Assembly: GCA_965214405.1 (NCBI GenBank)
Contig: OZ243956.1
Location: 160,001 to 224,000 of the forward strand
From: Trueperaceae bacterium
GTDB taxonomy: Bacteria > Deinococcota > Deinococci > Deinococcales > Trueperaceae
Direction of reading: 5' to 3'
Length of the DNA: 64,000 nt
In this document: positions 8,502-19,151 of the stretch, in pieces
Numbering within the stretch: the first letter of the stretch is position 1
Layout of the letters: each line of letters starts with the position of its first letter
Notes under the pieces: model-generated
The model's database searches: none
The model's input: only the letters and a program-made list of their open reading frames with translations
What the model was told of the DNA's origin: nothing
Program-made: the position numbers and the translations under genes

Positions 8502-10550
8502 TCAAATCACCCGGTCATTCCCGCCGTCAACCGGAATCTGCGCCCCGGTGGTTTTGGAGAAAGCCGGACCCGCGAGCGCCAGCACCACCTCGGCGACGCT
8601 TTTCGAGGTGATTTCGGTGCGGAGCAGGTTTTTGGTGCGGTACTGCTTGACGGTAAGGCCGTAGTGCTCGGCGCGCTTTTGCAAAACTTCTTCAGTCCAA
8701 ATGCCGGTGTCAAAGACCGCGTCGGGATGCACCACGTTGACGCGGACGCCGTCAGGGGCAAGCTCGAGCGCCGCCACCCGCGCAAGCTGCGTGAGCCCCG
8801 CCTTGGCAACCGAATAGGCCCCCGCCCCCGGACCGGGTGCCGCAACGTTCTTCGAGCCGACGATGATGATGGTCGCGTCCGTACTCTGCCGCAGATGGGA
8901 GATGCTAGCTTTTATGAGCCGCTGGTGACTTGTTAAGTTGACCTCGAGGCTTTGTGACCACGTGTCGTTCTGCATGTCCTCGAGCCTCTTACTAGGCGGA
9001 AAAATCCCCGCATTGCTCACAACGATATCAAGCCTACCGAAAAGGCGCACCGCCTCGTCCACCGCTTCCTGTAGCGCGTTCTCGTTGGTCACGTCGCAGA
9101 CGAAGCCCTTTTGCATCTCACCGCGAAAGATAGCTTCCACATCAGATTGAATATCCAGCGCCACCACCGCCGCGCCCGCTTCGGAAAAAGCTTCGGCGCA
9201 CGCCCTGCCGATGCCGCTCGCCGCACCCGTGACCAGCGCGACTTTGCCCGCGAAAGGAAGGGCGGGTTTGGAGGAAGGCCTCAAACTTTGCGAACGGCCC
9301 GCCAGCTCCTCACGCACAACGTCAAGAAGCGCGTCTACGGTGGTGATGTGGGCGCGGTTGGTTATCCAGCTCGAGCCGATACGCACCGCCAAACGTTCAG
9401 CCACCGCCCGCGCTTCTAAATTCTCAATACTGCCTAAGTCCCACACACTCACAATGCCCATCATCCGCCGCAGCATCTCGCAGCCGCCGTGCCCGGCGCT
9501 GTCTTGTAGGACGCGCGTTAGGTAAGCCTTTTGGTAGGCGCGAAACGCCTCTTCGCCTCCGGTAAAGTCCCAATACGCCTTGCGGTCGGGGTCAGTCTGG
9601 TGGTGCGCCGTCCACAAGCGTTCGAACTTCTCGCTAAAAAGTTCCCAGATGTTGCGGACTGTGTCCAGCAAGTAATCCTGATATTCCCTTCTCGCCTCCT
9701 CGTCGGGGGTATGAGCTACGTGCGAGAGAGCGTTTAGAACAAGGTTGGCGAACAGGGTGCCGATGTCGTAACCCATCGGGCCGTAAAAGGCGAACTCGGG
9801 GTCGATGACCTTGGTGTCGCTTTCCGTCACCATCAGGCTGCCCGTGTGCAGGTCGCCGTGGAGGAGCGCCTGCGCGTGGGTCATGTAATTATGTTTAAGT
9901 TCGGCGATGGCAGCTTTGAGGAGGCCGTTCGTCCGGATTGACTGCACTTGGGGCTCGAGTTCCGGGTTCCACTGGTTTTCGGGAGAAGTTTTATAAGGGT
10001 TCGTGTAGACAAAATCCTCTTGCAACTTGCAAAGGTGCGGGTTGATAAACATTTTCTGCCGCGCCTTTTTCCCCTCGCCGCTTAGGAAAAGGTCGGAGGT
10101 GTGGAAGAGGGTCTGGGCGAGGAAGTGTGAGATATGCTCAGCAAACTCCGGGAAACGTTCTCGAGCCACCAGAGGCTTACGCATCACCTCATGCTCGCTC
10201 AAGAATTCCATCACCACCACAGACATGTCTTCATCGTGGTCATAAACCTTGGGCACAAGCCCCGGCGTGAGGTCGTTGTAGAACCTCAGCGCCTGCGTTT
10301 CGAAGCGCATCCGCTCGCGCGACAGGGGCCACGAATCACCCGCCACGCGCAGGTAAGGGAGCGCCTGCTTAAGCACCGCCGCCTCGTTTGGTTTATCAGG
10401 ATTACGGAGGATGAAAACTTGGTTGAGGTTACCATCGCCCACCTCGCTAGCGGTGAGGTTGAAAGAGGAAAAGACCTCGCGCAGCGCCTTGCGCTCACGG
10501 ACATACTCGAGCACCGACGCCTCAGTAAGTGCTTTGTAAGACATGGTCAC
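8502..10550 (-). CDS. mtnK: S-methyl-5-thioribose kinase fused to a C-terminal short-chain dehydrogenase
   Basis: EVGDGNLN, KQALPY, LLHGDLHTGS, IDPEFAFYGPMGYD; then VALVTGAASGIG, SNAG, YSVAK, GAQIPVDGGN. Confidence 0.88.
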   Translation of the reverse strand: MTMSYKALTEASVLEYVRERKALREVFSSFNLTASEVGDGNLNQVFILRNPDKPNEAAVLKQALPYLRVAGDSWPLSRERMRFETQALRFYNDLTPGLVPKVYDHDEDMSVVVMEFLSEHEVMRKPLVARERFPEFAEHISHFLAQTLFHTSDLFLSGEGKKARQKMFINPHLCKLQEDFVYTNPYKTSPENQWNPELEPQVQSIRTNGLLKAAIAELKHNYMTHAQALLHGDLHTGSLMVTESDTKVIDPEFAFYGPMGYDIGTLFANLVLNALSHVAHTPDEEARREYQDYLLDTVRNIWELFSEKFERLWTAHHQTDPDRKAYWDFTGGEEAFRAYQKAYLTRVLQDSAGHGGCEMLRRMMGIVSVWDLGSIENLEARAVAERLAVRIGSSWITNRAHITTVDALLDVVREELAGRSQSLRPSSKPALPFAGKVALVTGAASGIGRACAEAFSEAGAAVVALDIQSDVEAIFRGEMQKGFVCDVTNENALQEAVDEAVRLFGRLDIVVSNAGIFPPSKRLEDMQNDTWSQSLEVNLTSHQRLIKASISHLRQSTDATIIIVGSKNVAAPGPGAGAYSVAKAGLTQLARVAALELAPDGVRVNVVHPDAVFDTGIWTEEVLQKRAEHYGLTVKQYRTKNLLRTEITSKSVAEVVLALAGPAFSKTTGAQIPVDGGNDRVI

Positions 10551-11652
10551 GCTCAGGAAAAAGTTCCAGAATACCCGCTTCGCTCGCCTCGCACACGCCC
10601 CGCTCGGTGATGAGGCCGGTGACGAGGCGAGAGGGCGTCACGTCAAACCCGTAGTTGCGCGCGGGCGAACCCGGCGGGGTGACTTGCACACTCACGAGTT
10701 TGTCCTCATACAAGCCTTCGACGTGGGTGACTTCACGCGGGTCGCGTTCCTCGATGGGCGTTTCTCGGACGCCGTCGCGCATCTCCCAATCAAAGGTTGA
10801 GGAGGGCAGCGCGGCGTAAAAGGGGACGTTGTTGTCTCGAGCCGCCAACGCTTTTAAGTAGGTGCCGATTTTGTTACCCACATCCCCCGTCCGGGTCGTC
10901 CGGTCACTGCCGACAATCACCACGTCCACCAGCCCGTGCTGCATGAGGTGGCCCCCGGCGTTGTCCGTCACCACCGTGTGCGGCACCCCGTGCTCGCCAA
11001 GCTCCCAAGCGGTGAGGCGCGCGCCCTGGTTGCGCGGGCGGGTTTCGTCCACCCAGACGTGGAGGGGGACGCCCTGGTCAAAAGCGGCGTAGATGGGCGA
11101 GGTCGCAGAACCGTAATCTACAAAGGCGAGCCAACCCGCGTTGCAGTGGGTGAGGATGTTGACAGGCTCACCATTTTTATGTTCAGCGATGGCTTCAATC
11201 AGCCCCACCCCGTGCTCCCCGATGCGGCGGCACGCGTCGGCGTCCTCATCGGCGATGCGTTGGGCACCCTCGAGCAGCCCCCCAAGCATCGCCTCAACAC
11301 TCCCCAAGCCTTCAACCGCTCTGAGAAGGCGTTTCACCGCCCACTCGAGGTTCACCGCCGTCGGGCGCGTCACCATCAAGCGTTCGCCCGACGTTCGTAA
11401 GTGAGCCAAAAACGCATCCGGATTTTCGTTTTCGGCCTCGAGCCCCGCCAGCAGCATCCCAAATCCCGCCGTCGCGCCGATGAGTCCCGCCCCACGCACC
11501 TGCATCTCCCGAATGGCGTAAGCGGCCTCGTCAACCGTGCGGAGTTCGACCACCTTGAACACGTGGGGAAGGCGGCGCTGGTCGATAACCTTGACCGTGC
11601 GCGTGTCCGGCTCGAGCCACACAGTGCGGTAGGGAGTACCTGCAACGTTCAT
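10522..11652 (-). CDS. mtnA: S-methyl-5-thioribose-1-phosphate isomerase
   Basis: [58 protein letters not shown]. Confidence 0.95.
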   Translation of the reverse strand: MNVAGTPYRTVWLEPDTRTVKVIDQRRLPHVFKVVELRTVDEAAYAIREMQVRGAGLIGATAGFGMLLAGLEAENENPDAFLAHLRTSGERLMVTRPTAVNLEWAVKRLLRAVEGLGSVEAMLGGLLEGAQRIADEDADACRRIGEHGVGLIEAIAEHKNGEPVNILTHCNAGWLAFVDYGSATSPIYAAFDQGVPLHVWVDETRPRNQGARLTAWELGEHGVPHTVVTDNAGGHLMQHGLVDVVIVGSDRTTRTGDVGNKIGTYLKALAARDNNVPFYAALPSSTFDWEMRDGVRETPIEERDPREVTHVEGLYEDKLVSVQVTPPGSPARNYGFDVTPSRLVTGLITERGVCEASEAGILELFPERDHVLQSTY

Positions 11653-11664
11653 CAGCCGCGCACC

Positions 11665-12558
11665 TCAGCCTCTAACTTCTACGTTGGCTTGCTGCTCGAG
11701 CGCCTTTATCATCGCCGAGGCGTTCTCCTCGCCCCAGCCGCCGTTCACCGCCGCCTTGATGGTCTCGCGGGTGCTCACGGTGGCGGGGATGGGGGAATTT
11801 AAGTCTTCGGCAAAGCGGGCGATGAGGTTGGCGTCTTTGAGCATGTGTTTGAGCGCGAACGAGGTGGAAAAGTCGCGCTCGATAAGCGCGCCCCCGACGC
11901 CGTCGAAGATGGGCGAGCGGAAGTCGGTCACGTGGAGCACGTCGAGCACGTCACGCGGGTTCAAGCCCGCCTTGGTCGCCAGAATCATGGCCTCGCCCAG
12001 GGCCTCGAGCTGCGCCGCCACAATCAAATTGCCTACGAGCTTCATTGACGTACCCTTGCCCACGTCGCCCATGTGGTGAACGGTTTCGCTTAGGTGCTCG
12101 AGAACGGGCTTGACCTTGTTGAACGCCTCTTTCTCACCCCCGACGATAATCCAGAGTCCCGCGTTGGCAGATTCATTTTTGCTGCCGAACACGGGCGCGT
12201 CGAGAAAGGAAACGCCCTTCGCGCTGTACGCCTCTCCTTCGCGGCGGCTCAGGTTGGGATGGACGGTGCTCATGTCCACGGCGATTTGGCCCTCGCTGAC
12301 ACCCTCTAAAACCCCGTTCTCCCCAAAGACCACCTCCTCCACCGCCACGTCGTTGCTGAGGCAGTACATGATGAGGTCGGCCCCCTTCACCGCTTCGGCA
12401 GGCGTGTCGGCTCGAGCTGCCCCCTCCTTAACCGCATCCTCCGTTTTATCCTCGCTGCGGTTCCACACGGTTACGTCGTACCCGGCCTTGAGGAGATTGC
12501 CCACCATCCCCTGACCCATGATGCCCAAACCGAGATACGCAATTTTTTGAATCGTCAT
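11665..12558 (-). CDS. NAD(P)-dependent beta-hydroxyacid dehydrogenase (3-hydroxyisobutyrate/tartronate-semialdehyde family)
   Basis: [38 protein letters not shown]. Confidence 0.9.
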   Translation of the reverse strand: MTIQKIAYLGLGIMGQGMVGNLLKAGYDVTVWNRSEDKTEDAVKEGAARADTPAEAVKGADLIMYCLSNDVAVEEVVFGENGVLEGVSEGQIAVDMSTVHPNLSRREGEAYSAKGVSFLDAPVFGSKNESANAGLWIIVGGEKEAFNKVKPVLEHLSETVHHMGDVGKGTSMKLVGNLIVAAQLEALGEAMILATKAGLNPRDVLDVLHVTDFRSPIFDGVGGALIERDFSTSFALKHMLKDANLIARFAEDLNSPIPATVSTRETIKAAVNGGWGEENASAMIKALEQQANVEVRG

Positions 12559-13184
12559 TTCGTCCCTTCGACAACGGCTTCTAAAAGAATCACCAGCGCG
12601 GCGCAGCCGGGGTCCACTCGGCCCTCGGTGCGTTCGCCTACCCAGCCCGCGCGGCCTATTTTGCTGCGTTGGGGGGTGACGGACTCGAGGCCCGCCCTAG
12701 CCGCCGTCACCATCTTTTCTCCGGCTTCTTGTAGACTCTCGCCCCGCTGGACGGCTTCCGAAAACGCCGCCGCCGCCGGGTGGAGCGCGTCAATTATAGT
12801 CTTGTCGCCCGGTTTGGCCTTGCCCCGCTCTTGAATCCCTTGGTCGGCAGCGTGAAGCATCTCCGCTACGTCTTCGGAGGTTAGCTCGCTCTTACCCTTG
12901 GCAACCTTGCCCGCGCGCATGAGGGCGGTGGCTAAAAGTGTGCCCATTGTGGAGGAGGCGGCGCGGTTGACCGCCATGCCCGCCGAGGCGATGTAGCTTC
13001 CTAAGTCGTCCTCCGGCGGCGTTTGTAGATAGGACTCGAGCGCCGCCGCCGCTTTAGACGCAGTTATCCCCAAGTCGCCGTCACCCACCGCTTGGTCGAG
13101 TTCGGTGAGGTAATCGCTTTTCGCGTTAAGCCCCGCCGCCCCGCGCCGCAGCGCCTCCGTCACGTCCCTTCCCGTTACCGTCAT
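12555..13184 (-). CDS. dhaL: Dihydroxyacetone kinase subunit L (DAK2 domain)
   Basis: [33 protein letters not shown]. Confidence 0.9.
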   Translation of the reverse strand: MTVTGRDVTEALRRGAAGLNAKSDYLTELDQAVGDGDLGITASKAAAALESYLQTPPEDDLGSYIASAGMAVNRAASSTMGTLLATALMRAGKVAKGKSELTSEDVAEMLHAADQGIQERGKAKPGDKTIIDALHPAAAAFSEAVQRGESLQEAGEKMVTAARAGLESVTPQRSKIGRAGWVGERTEGRVDPGCAALVILLEAVVEGTK

Positions 13185-13185
13185 C

Positions 13186-14184
13186 CTAAACCTGCGTAAA
13201 GAACGGCGTCCGCGCGGGCGCGTCCAAAAGGCGCGTCAGCTCGTCATCAAGCCGAAAAATCGTGAGTGAGGCTCCGGCCATCTCCATCGAGGTCGCGTAC
13301 TCGCCGACATAGGCGCGGTGGACGCTGATGTCGTGCTCGCTTAACAGGTCGTGAACCTTGCGGTACATGATGTAAAGCTCCTCGGGCGGGGTCGCGCCGA
13401 GACCGTTGACCATTACCGCGACGCGGTCTCCCGCCGCCGGTTTTAAGTCGTCCAGAATGGCCGTCGTCATGCGCTCGGTGATTTCGTCCGCGCTTTGTAA
13501 CTTTTCGCGCTTCATGCCGGGCTCACCGTGGATGCCCATGCCGATTTCCATTTCATCTTCGCCCAGCGTAAAGCCGGGCTTGCCGACGCGCGGCACGATG
13601 CAGGGCGAGAGCGCGACGCCCATCGTACGGAGGTTGGCTAAAGCTTTTTCCGTCGCCTCGGCCACCTCGTCAAGTGACGCGCCCTCGTCCGCCTTGGCCC
13701 CGGCGATTTTGAACGCAAACACCATCCCCGCAACGCCCCGCCGCCGCTCGGCCTCCTCTGGCGGCGCGGAGGCCACGTCGTCTTTGACCAAGACGGTACG
13801 AGTTTGAATGTCCTCGAGGTCGGCCATCTCGGCGGCCATATCGAAGTTCATCACGTCGCCGCCGTAGTTGCCGTAGATGTAGAGGACGCCCTTACCGCCG
13901 TCAATGCGCTTGGTGACTTCCAGCATCTGCTCCGAACTCGGACTGTTAAACACGTCCCCCACCGCGCACCCGTCGAGCATCCCCTTACCGACGTAGCCCA
14001 AAAACATGGGTAAATGCCCCGAGCCGCCCCCCGTCGCCAGCCCCACCTTGCCCGCCACGGGCGCGTCGGTTCGCACGACGGCGTGAACATCTTCTGCATA
14101 AGAGTACACATCGGGATGCGCCTTGAAAAGCCCGTCCAGCACCTCCGGGACAAAGTCTTCGGGTTTATTGAGAATCTTTTTCAC
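13186..14184 (-). CDS. dhaK: Dihydroxyacetone kinase subunit K (DAK1 domain)
   Basis: [48 protein letters not shown] start after AAGGAGG. Confidence 0.92.
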   Translation of the reverse strand: MKKILNKPEDFVPEVLDGLFKAHPDVYSYAEDVHAVVRTDAPVAGKVGLATGGGSGHLPMFLGYVGKGMLDGCAVGDVFNSPSSEQMLEVTKRIDGGKGVLYIYGNYGGDVMNFDMAAEMADLEDIQTRTVLVKDDVASAPPEEAERRRGVAGMVFAFKIAGAKADEGASLDEVAEATEKALANLRTMGVALSPCIVPRVGKPGFTLGEDEMEIGMGIHGEPGMKREKLQSADEITERMTTAILDDLKPAAGDRVAVMVNGLGATPPEELYIMYRKVHDLLSEHDISVHRAYVGEYATSMEMAGASLTIFRLDDELTRLLDAPARTPFFTQV

Positions 14185-14217
14185 CTTGCCTCCTTCACCC
14201 AATCTAACACCGCGCCC

Positions 14218-15237
14218 TCACCCGCTCCCCCCACGCCCGCCGCGTCTCAGCCTCCCCAGACTCACCACGCTCATCACAATCACGATGAGGAGCAGCGCGC
14301 CCCACACAAACTCCTTGGCGAAGTTGCTGAAGCGCAGGATGTTGAAGCCGCTCGAGAGAAACTGGAGCGACAGCACCGCCAGAAACACCCCCGCCACCTT
14401 GCCGAAGCCGCCGTAGGGGTTGACGCCGCCCAGCACCGCAATCAGGATGGTGAGGAGCAAATAAGAGGAACCGAAGTCCGCCTTGGCCGAGTTCGCCCGC
14501 GACATCATGATGACGCCCGCGACGGAAGACAGGAGACCGCAAAGCATGTATGTCCGCACGATGAGCCGGTCGTTGTCGAGCCCCGCGAAACGCGCCGCTA
14601 ACGGGTTCGTCCCCAGCATGTAAATCTTTTCGCCAAAGGGGGTGCGGTTGAGCACCACCGCCACCGCCACCGCCGCGACGGCGAACACGATAAAAGGCAC
14701 CGGAAAAGGCCCCAGCGAGCCGTTGCCGACCACGCTGAACTCCCTCGGAAACCCCAGCACCGCCCGCCCCCCGGTGAGGCCGATGCCGATGCCCATATAC
14801 ACCTGCGAGGTGCCCAGCGTCGCCAAAATGGGCGGGATGCCGAGGCGGGAGATGAGCAGGCCGTTAATCGCGCCCGCCGTGAGTCCGGTGGTGAGCGCAA
14901 TCAAAATAGCTAAGAAGATGGCGGTGGTGGGCTCGAGCCCCCCCATCCTCAACACAAATGCCCCAAAAATCCCCGCCAAGTTGGCTGCCCCGATGATGGA
15001 CAAGTCAATCCCGCCCGTGAGCATCGAGAGCATCATGGCGAGCGAGAGAATCGCAAACTCGGGAAACTGAAACGCCATCGAGCGCACGTTCTTGAGCGTG
15101 AAAAACTCGTCGGGGCGCGCCACACTCATGACAGCGAAAATACCCGCGGTGATAAAAAGGAGTCGCACCAGCCCGATGTCTTTGGGAATGAGGCTGCGCC
15201 AGGTGAACCCGCTCCGGCCCTGCGACGTGCTCTGCAC
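14218..15237 (-). CDS. Monosaccharide ABC transporter permease (RbsC-like)
   Basis: GGIDLS, ILATLGT, AVLGGVNPYGGFG; multiple TM segments. Confidence 0.92.
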   Translation of the reverse strand: MQSTSQGRSGFTWRSLIPKDIGLVRLLFITAGIFAVMSVARPDEFFTLKNVRSMAFQFPEFAILSLAMMLSMLTGGIDLSIIGAANLAGIFGAFVLRMGGLEPTTAIFLAILIALTTGLTAGAINGLLISRLGIPPILATLGTSQVYMGIGIGLTGGRAVLGFPREFSVVGNGSLGPFPVPFIVFAVAAVAVAVVLNRTPFGEKIYMLGTNPLAARFAGLDNDRLIVRTYMLCGLLSSVAGVIMMSRANSAKADFGSSYLLLTILIAVLGGVNPYGGFGKVAGVFLAVLSLQFLSSGFNILRFSNFAKEFVWGALLLIVIVMSVVSLGRLRRGGRGGSG

Positions 15238-16239
15238 CTAAACCGCCCCCGCCCGTCGCCCCGCGCGCAGGCTCTGGTACGCGGGAACGCCCGTCCCGAG
15301 GAGGATGAGCAGGCCGATGATTAAATTCTGCCAGACTGACGGGATGCCCAAGAGAATCAAACTGTTGTTGATAATGACAATCAGCGCCACCCCCAACAGC
15401 GTCCCCAGAATCGTGCCGTGCCCGCCCGTGAGCCGCGCCCCGCCGAGCACGACGGCGGCGATGACGGTCAGCTCGAGCCCCACTAAATCAAACGGGTCCG
15501 CCGTCCGCGTCAGGGCCGCGTGGATGATGCCCGCGCCGCCGGAGAGCAGCCCCACAAAGCCGTAGATAAAAAACTGCACCCCGACCACGTTGATACCCGC
15601 GCGCCCCGCCGCGACCCTTGAGCCCCCCAGCGCGAAAATCTGCCGCCCCAGCATCGTCCGGTAGAGGATGAACCAGACCAAGACCACCGCGCCCACCAGG
15701 AACAAAAACGCGGTGGGCAGGGCGTAAAAAAACCCGTTGTCGGTGGTGAAACTCAGCAGCTTCGCCCCCCAGACCTCCCGCAGCCCGTCCGGCACGCGGG
15801 TGATGCGGTTGCTCCCCACAAAGGTGAGCAGGAAGCCACGAAAGAGCGAGAGCGTCCCCAGCGTGACGATGAGCGTCGGCAGCTTAAAGAGCGCGATGAA
15901 GACGGCGTTAAAGAGTCCCAATCCCAAACCGATGAGGCAGGCCAGAACAAAAGCAACCGCGAACGAGCCGCCCAATCCCGTGGCGATGACGATTTTCGTC
16001 GCCGCGTAGAGCGCAAAAACCGCCACCGCGGTAAACGATACATCAATGCCGCCCGAGATGAGCACCAAGAGCACCCCCACCGCGAAGATGCCCATCACGA
16101 TGCTCCCGCGCAGGAGGTCGAAGAGCGTGCCGAGGCTGAAAAAGGCGGGGCTCACGAAGCTGGCGACGATGCAGTAAGCGACGATAATGGCCGCGACCAG
16201 CGTTTCGTTGCGTTTGAAAAGTGCCTTAAACCCTGACAC
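15238..16239 (-). CDS. Monosaccharide ABC transporter permease (RbsC-like)
   Basis: [29 protein letters not shown] start at 16239 chosen after AAGGA. Confidence 0.9.
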   Translation of the reverse strand: MSGFKALFKRNETLVAAIIVAYCIVASFVSPAFFSLGTLFDLLRGSIVMGIFAVGVLLVLISGGIDVSFTAVAVFALYAATKIVIATGLGGSFAVAFVLACLIGLGLGLFNAVFIALFKLPTLIVTLGTLSLFRGFLLTFVGSNRITRVPDGLREVWGAKLLSFTTDNGFFYALPTAFLFLVGAVVLVWFILYRTMLGRQIFALGGSRVAAGRAGINVVGVQFFIYGFVGLLSGGAGIIHAALTRTADPFDLVGLELTVIAAVVLGGARLTGGHGTILGTLLGVALIVIINNSLILLGIPSVWQNLIIGLLILLGTGVPAYQSLRAGRRAGAV

Positions 16240-17770
16240 TGGTTCCTTCTGCAGGGGCTCGAGCCTCACCCACAGCTTCACCCACAGCCTCACCGCTCAG
16301 TTTTTGCGCGAGCGAGTCGTCCGTCACCTCGTCGCGCGCCAGCGCCTCGGTCACGCGGCCCGCTTTCATGATGAGGATGCGGTGGCAGTTGCCCAACAAC
16401 TCGGGGATGTCGTCCGAGACGATGATAACGCCCATGCCGCCCCCCGCCAAGTCCGCGATAATCTCGTGGATGTCCGCCTTGGAGCCGATGTCCACACCCA
16501 CGGTAGGGCCGTTCAGAATCAAAATCTTTGGCTTAGTAGCGAGCCAGCGCGCCAGCACCACCCGCTGCTGATTGCCCCCCGAAAGGCTCTGCACGGGCTC
16601 CGCGGGCGACGGCGTGACGATGTTGAGCCCGTCCACCCAGCGCGCGGTTTCTTTGCGCAGCGCCCGCCCGTCCACGAACCCCGCTCGAGAGAGCGCGTCC
16701 ACCTTGCTCACGACGATGTTGCGCCCGATGGACTGCTCCAAAAAAAGCCCTTCGGTGAGCCTGTCCTCGGGTACGTAGCCGATGCCTACGCGCAGCGCGT
16801 CTTGGGGCGAGCGGATGGTGACGCGGCGGCCCTCGACCTCAAGCCCCCCCGACTCAATCGGCAAGAGACCAAAAAGCGCCTTGGCTAAGGCTGTCCGCCC
16901 CGAGCCCAAAAGCCCCGCCACGCCCAGCACCTCCCCGCGGTGAAGCTCGAACGACACGCCCGAAAACGCCGCCCCCGCGCTCAAGTTGCTCACCTTGAGG
17001 AGACTCCGCCCCCGCTCCCCGCCGCCCGCCACGCCGTGAGCCGCACTCAGCTTGCGTCCGGTCATGTGGTAGGCGAGCGATTCGTAAGTAAACTCCGACG
17101 CGTCGCCGTCGGCCACCTTCTCGCCGTTGCGCAAGACGGCGATTTTCTGCGACACCTCGAACACCTCGTTGAGCTTATGGCTCACGAACAACACCGAAAC
17201 CCCGTCAGCCTGCAACTTCCCGATAATTTGCAAGAGCGAACGCACCTCCCGCTCGGTGAGCGCGGTGGTGGGCTCGTCCATGATGATGAGTTTGGCGTCG
17301 GCTAGGAGGGCTCTCGAGATGGCGATGAGCTGCTTGTCCGCCACGGGCAGCGTCTCCACGGGCGCGTCGAGGTCTAAATCCACCCCCACCTTGGCGACGG
17401 CCTCCTCCGCCAGCCTGCGCACGCGCCGCCAGTTCATAAAGCGCCGCCCGGAGGCGAGTTCCTGGTTAAAGGCGATATTCTCCGCCGCCGTGAGATTGGG
17501 GAAAAGCGAAAAGTCCTGATAGATGATCTGCACGCCCTCGCGGATGGCGTCTCGGGGACGCAAACTCTTGTAGCGCCTCTCGCCGATGACAATTTCGCCC
17601 GCGTCGGGTGGATGCGCGCCCGCGATAATCTTTATCAGCGTGCTCTTGCCCGAGCCGTTCTCGCCCGCCAAGCAGCGGACCTCGCCCCGCCCGATGTCCA
17701 GGCTTACGTCGGAAAGCGCCTGCACGCCCGAAAAAGATTTGCTGATGTTGCGAACGCTTACGAGTGACAA
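16226..17770 (-). CDS. Monosaccharide ABC transporter ATP-binding protein (two ABC domains)
   Basis: GENGSGKST, IMDEPT, YVPEDR, LSGGNQQ, PTVGVDIG. Confidence 0.95.
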   Translation of the reverse strand: MSLVSVRNISKSFSGVQALSDVSLDIGRGEVRCLAGENGSGKSTLIKIIAGAHPPDAGEIVIGERRYKSLRPRDAIREGVQIIYQDFSLFPNLTAAENIAFNQELASGRRFMNWRRVRRLAEEAVAKVGVDLDLDAPVETLPVADKQLIAISRALLADAKLIIMDEPTTALTEREVRSLLQIIGKLQADGVSVLFVSHKLNEVFEVSQKIAVLRNGEKVADGDASEFTYESLAYHMTGRKLSAAHGVAGGGERGRSLLKVSNLSAGAAFSGVSFELHRGEVLGVAGLLGSGRTALAKALFGLLPIESGGLEVEGRRVTIRSPQDALRVGIGYVPEDRLTEGLFLEQSIGRNIVVSKVDALSRAGFVDGRALRKETARWVDGLNIVTPSPAEPVQSLSGGNQQRVVLARWLATKPKILILNGPTVGVDIGSKADIHEIIADLAGGGMGVIIVSDDIPELLGNCHRILIMKAGRVTEALARDEVTDDSLAQKLSGEAVGEAVGEARAPAEGTSVRV

Positions 17771-17872
17771 AATAGTCCTTCAAAATAGTTTGGGGATGCA
17801 GATGGGCTTTGTGGAAGTAGCTTTAAATTACCCCCACGCAAGAAACTTAGAGGGTGTCGAGCATCCATTGCC

Positions 17873-17973
17873 TCCCCCCTTAACAAGGGGGGACCGAGGG
17901 GGGATTTGTTCTGACCGGCTTTATAGGGAGGTGACAAAAGCAAATCCCCCCAACCCCCCTTATTAAGGGGGGC
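17873..17973. repeat. Inverted pair of REP-like palindromes (CCCCCCTT-N4-AAGGGGGG core)
   Basis: Unit 1 17873-17908 and unit 2 17941-17973 in opposite orientation; partial further copy at 63984-64000. Confidence 0.75.
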
Positions 17974-18007
17974 TTCCGTAGGAACTCGAGCCTTTTTCGA
18001 ATACCCT

Positions 18008-18985
18008 CTAAAAGTCGTAATTCGCCAGATTTTCTTCGGTGACCGTGACCCACGCCTGACCGTAAATCACCTTGCCCTCGACGGTCACGCTTTCATAACC
18101 GGGCTTGCCGAGGTCGTCGCCGGTTTGGATTTCTTCACCTTGCAAAACCCTGTTCACCACGTCCAGCGTCACGTAACCCGCCAGCGCGGGGTCCCAGAAG
18201 AACACCGCGTCCACCGCGCCCGTCTCGATGTACTGGCCGCCGATGGAGGGGAGGCTGGTGCCCATCACGCAGGTCTGGTCCTCGAGCCCGCGCTCCTCAA
18301 TCACCTGGCCGATGCCCGCCACGTCGGTTGAGGCGCTGCCTTGGAAGCCTTTAATGTCGGGATAGGCGCGCAACACCTCTCGAGCGGCGTCGGCGGCCTG
18401 GCCCACGTCGTCGTAGGTCTCGTTTTTGGAGCCCACCTGCGTCATGTCGGGGTAAGCCTCCTGCTGCCGCTCGACGGCCCCGTCCACCCAGTCGTTATGG
18501 GTTTCAGAAGTCAAGGAACCGACAAACACCGCATACTCGCCCTCTTCGTTCATGCACTCGGCGAGCTGGTCCATGAGGTACGCGCCGTACTCGCGGTTGC
18601 GAAAAGCCTCCACGTCGTAGCTCACGTTCTGCTGGCTCGGCGCCTCGTGCGTGACCACCACGATGCCCTGCTCCTGCGCCCTGGCGAAAACGGGCTCCAT
18701 CGCCTCGGGCGAAAAGGGCACCACCGCGATGGCGTCCACCCCTTGCGCGATCATGTCCTCGACGATTTGCACCTGCAAGGCCGCGTCCGCCTGCGCCGGG
18801 CCGAGCTGGTAGACGTCCTGGCCGGTTTCCTGGGCGTACTCGTTGACGCCCTCCTCCATGCGGTCGAACCACTGGATGCCGCTGATTTTGACGATCATGG
18901 GGATGGTGACGGTGTCGTCTTGGGCCAGCACGCTTGGGACAACAAGCGCGGCGGCGAGCAGGGTGATAAGAAGTCCTCGTTTCAT
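18008..18985 (-). CDS. Sugar ABC substrate-binding protein (LsrB/AI-2- or rhamnose-binding type)
   Basis: Signal peptide, VKISGIQWFDRM, QIVEDMIAQGVDAI, FFWDPA. Confidence 0.88.
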   Translation of the reverse strand: MKRGLLITLLAAALVVPSVLAQDDTVTIPMIVKISGIQWFDRMEEGVNEYAQETGQDVYQLGPAQADAALQVQIVEDMIAQGVDAIAVVPFSPEAMEPVFARAQEQGIVVVTHEAPSQQNVSYDVEAFRNREYGAYLMDQLAECMNEEGEYAVFVGSLTSETHNDWVDGAVERQQEAYPDMTQVGSKNETYDDVGQAADAAREVLRAYPDIKGFQGSASTDVAGIGQVIEERGLEDQTCVMGTSLPSIGGQYIETGAVDAVFFWDPALAGYVTLDVVNRVLQGEEIQTGDDLGKPGYESVTVEGKVIYGQAWVTVTEENLANYDF

Positions 18986-19139
18986 GCGTCCTCCTTAGGA
19001 ACAGCCTGAGTGAGTCGTGACGTTTACGATGTAAAGAGTTACAGCCGCTTCGTCGTCACCTCCCTCGCAAAACAGCGCGGCTTTCGGTCAGCTTAGGATG
19101 ACGTGCGGCAGAGGTTAAAGAAGGATTAAGAGCACCACT

Positions 19140-19151
19140 TAAAACGCTTTC
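19140..19151. promoter_or_regulatory. Possible LacI-family operator
   Basis: TAAAACGCTTTC (GAAAGCGTTTTA on minus strand) in the upstream region of the ABC operon. Confidence 0.4.

Noticed and set aside
16265..16300. 12-bp tandem repeats at the end of the ABC ATPase
   Set aside because: Short coding slippage (GEAV GEAV GEAR) in a variable C-terminal tail.
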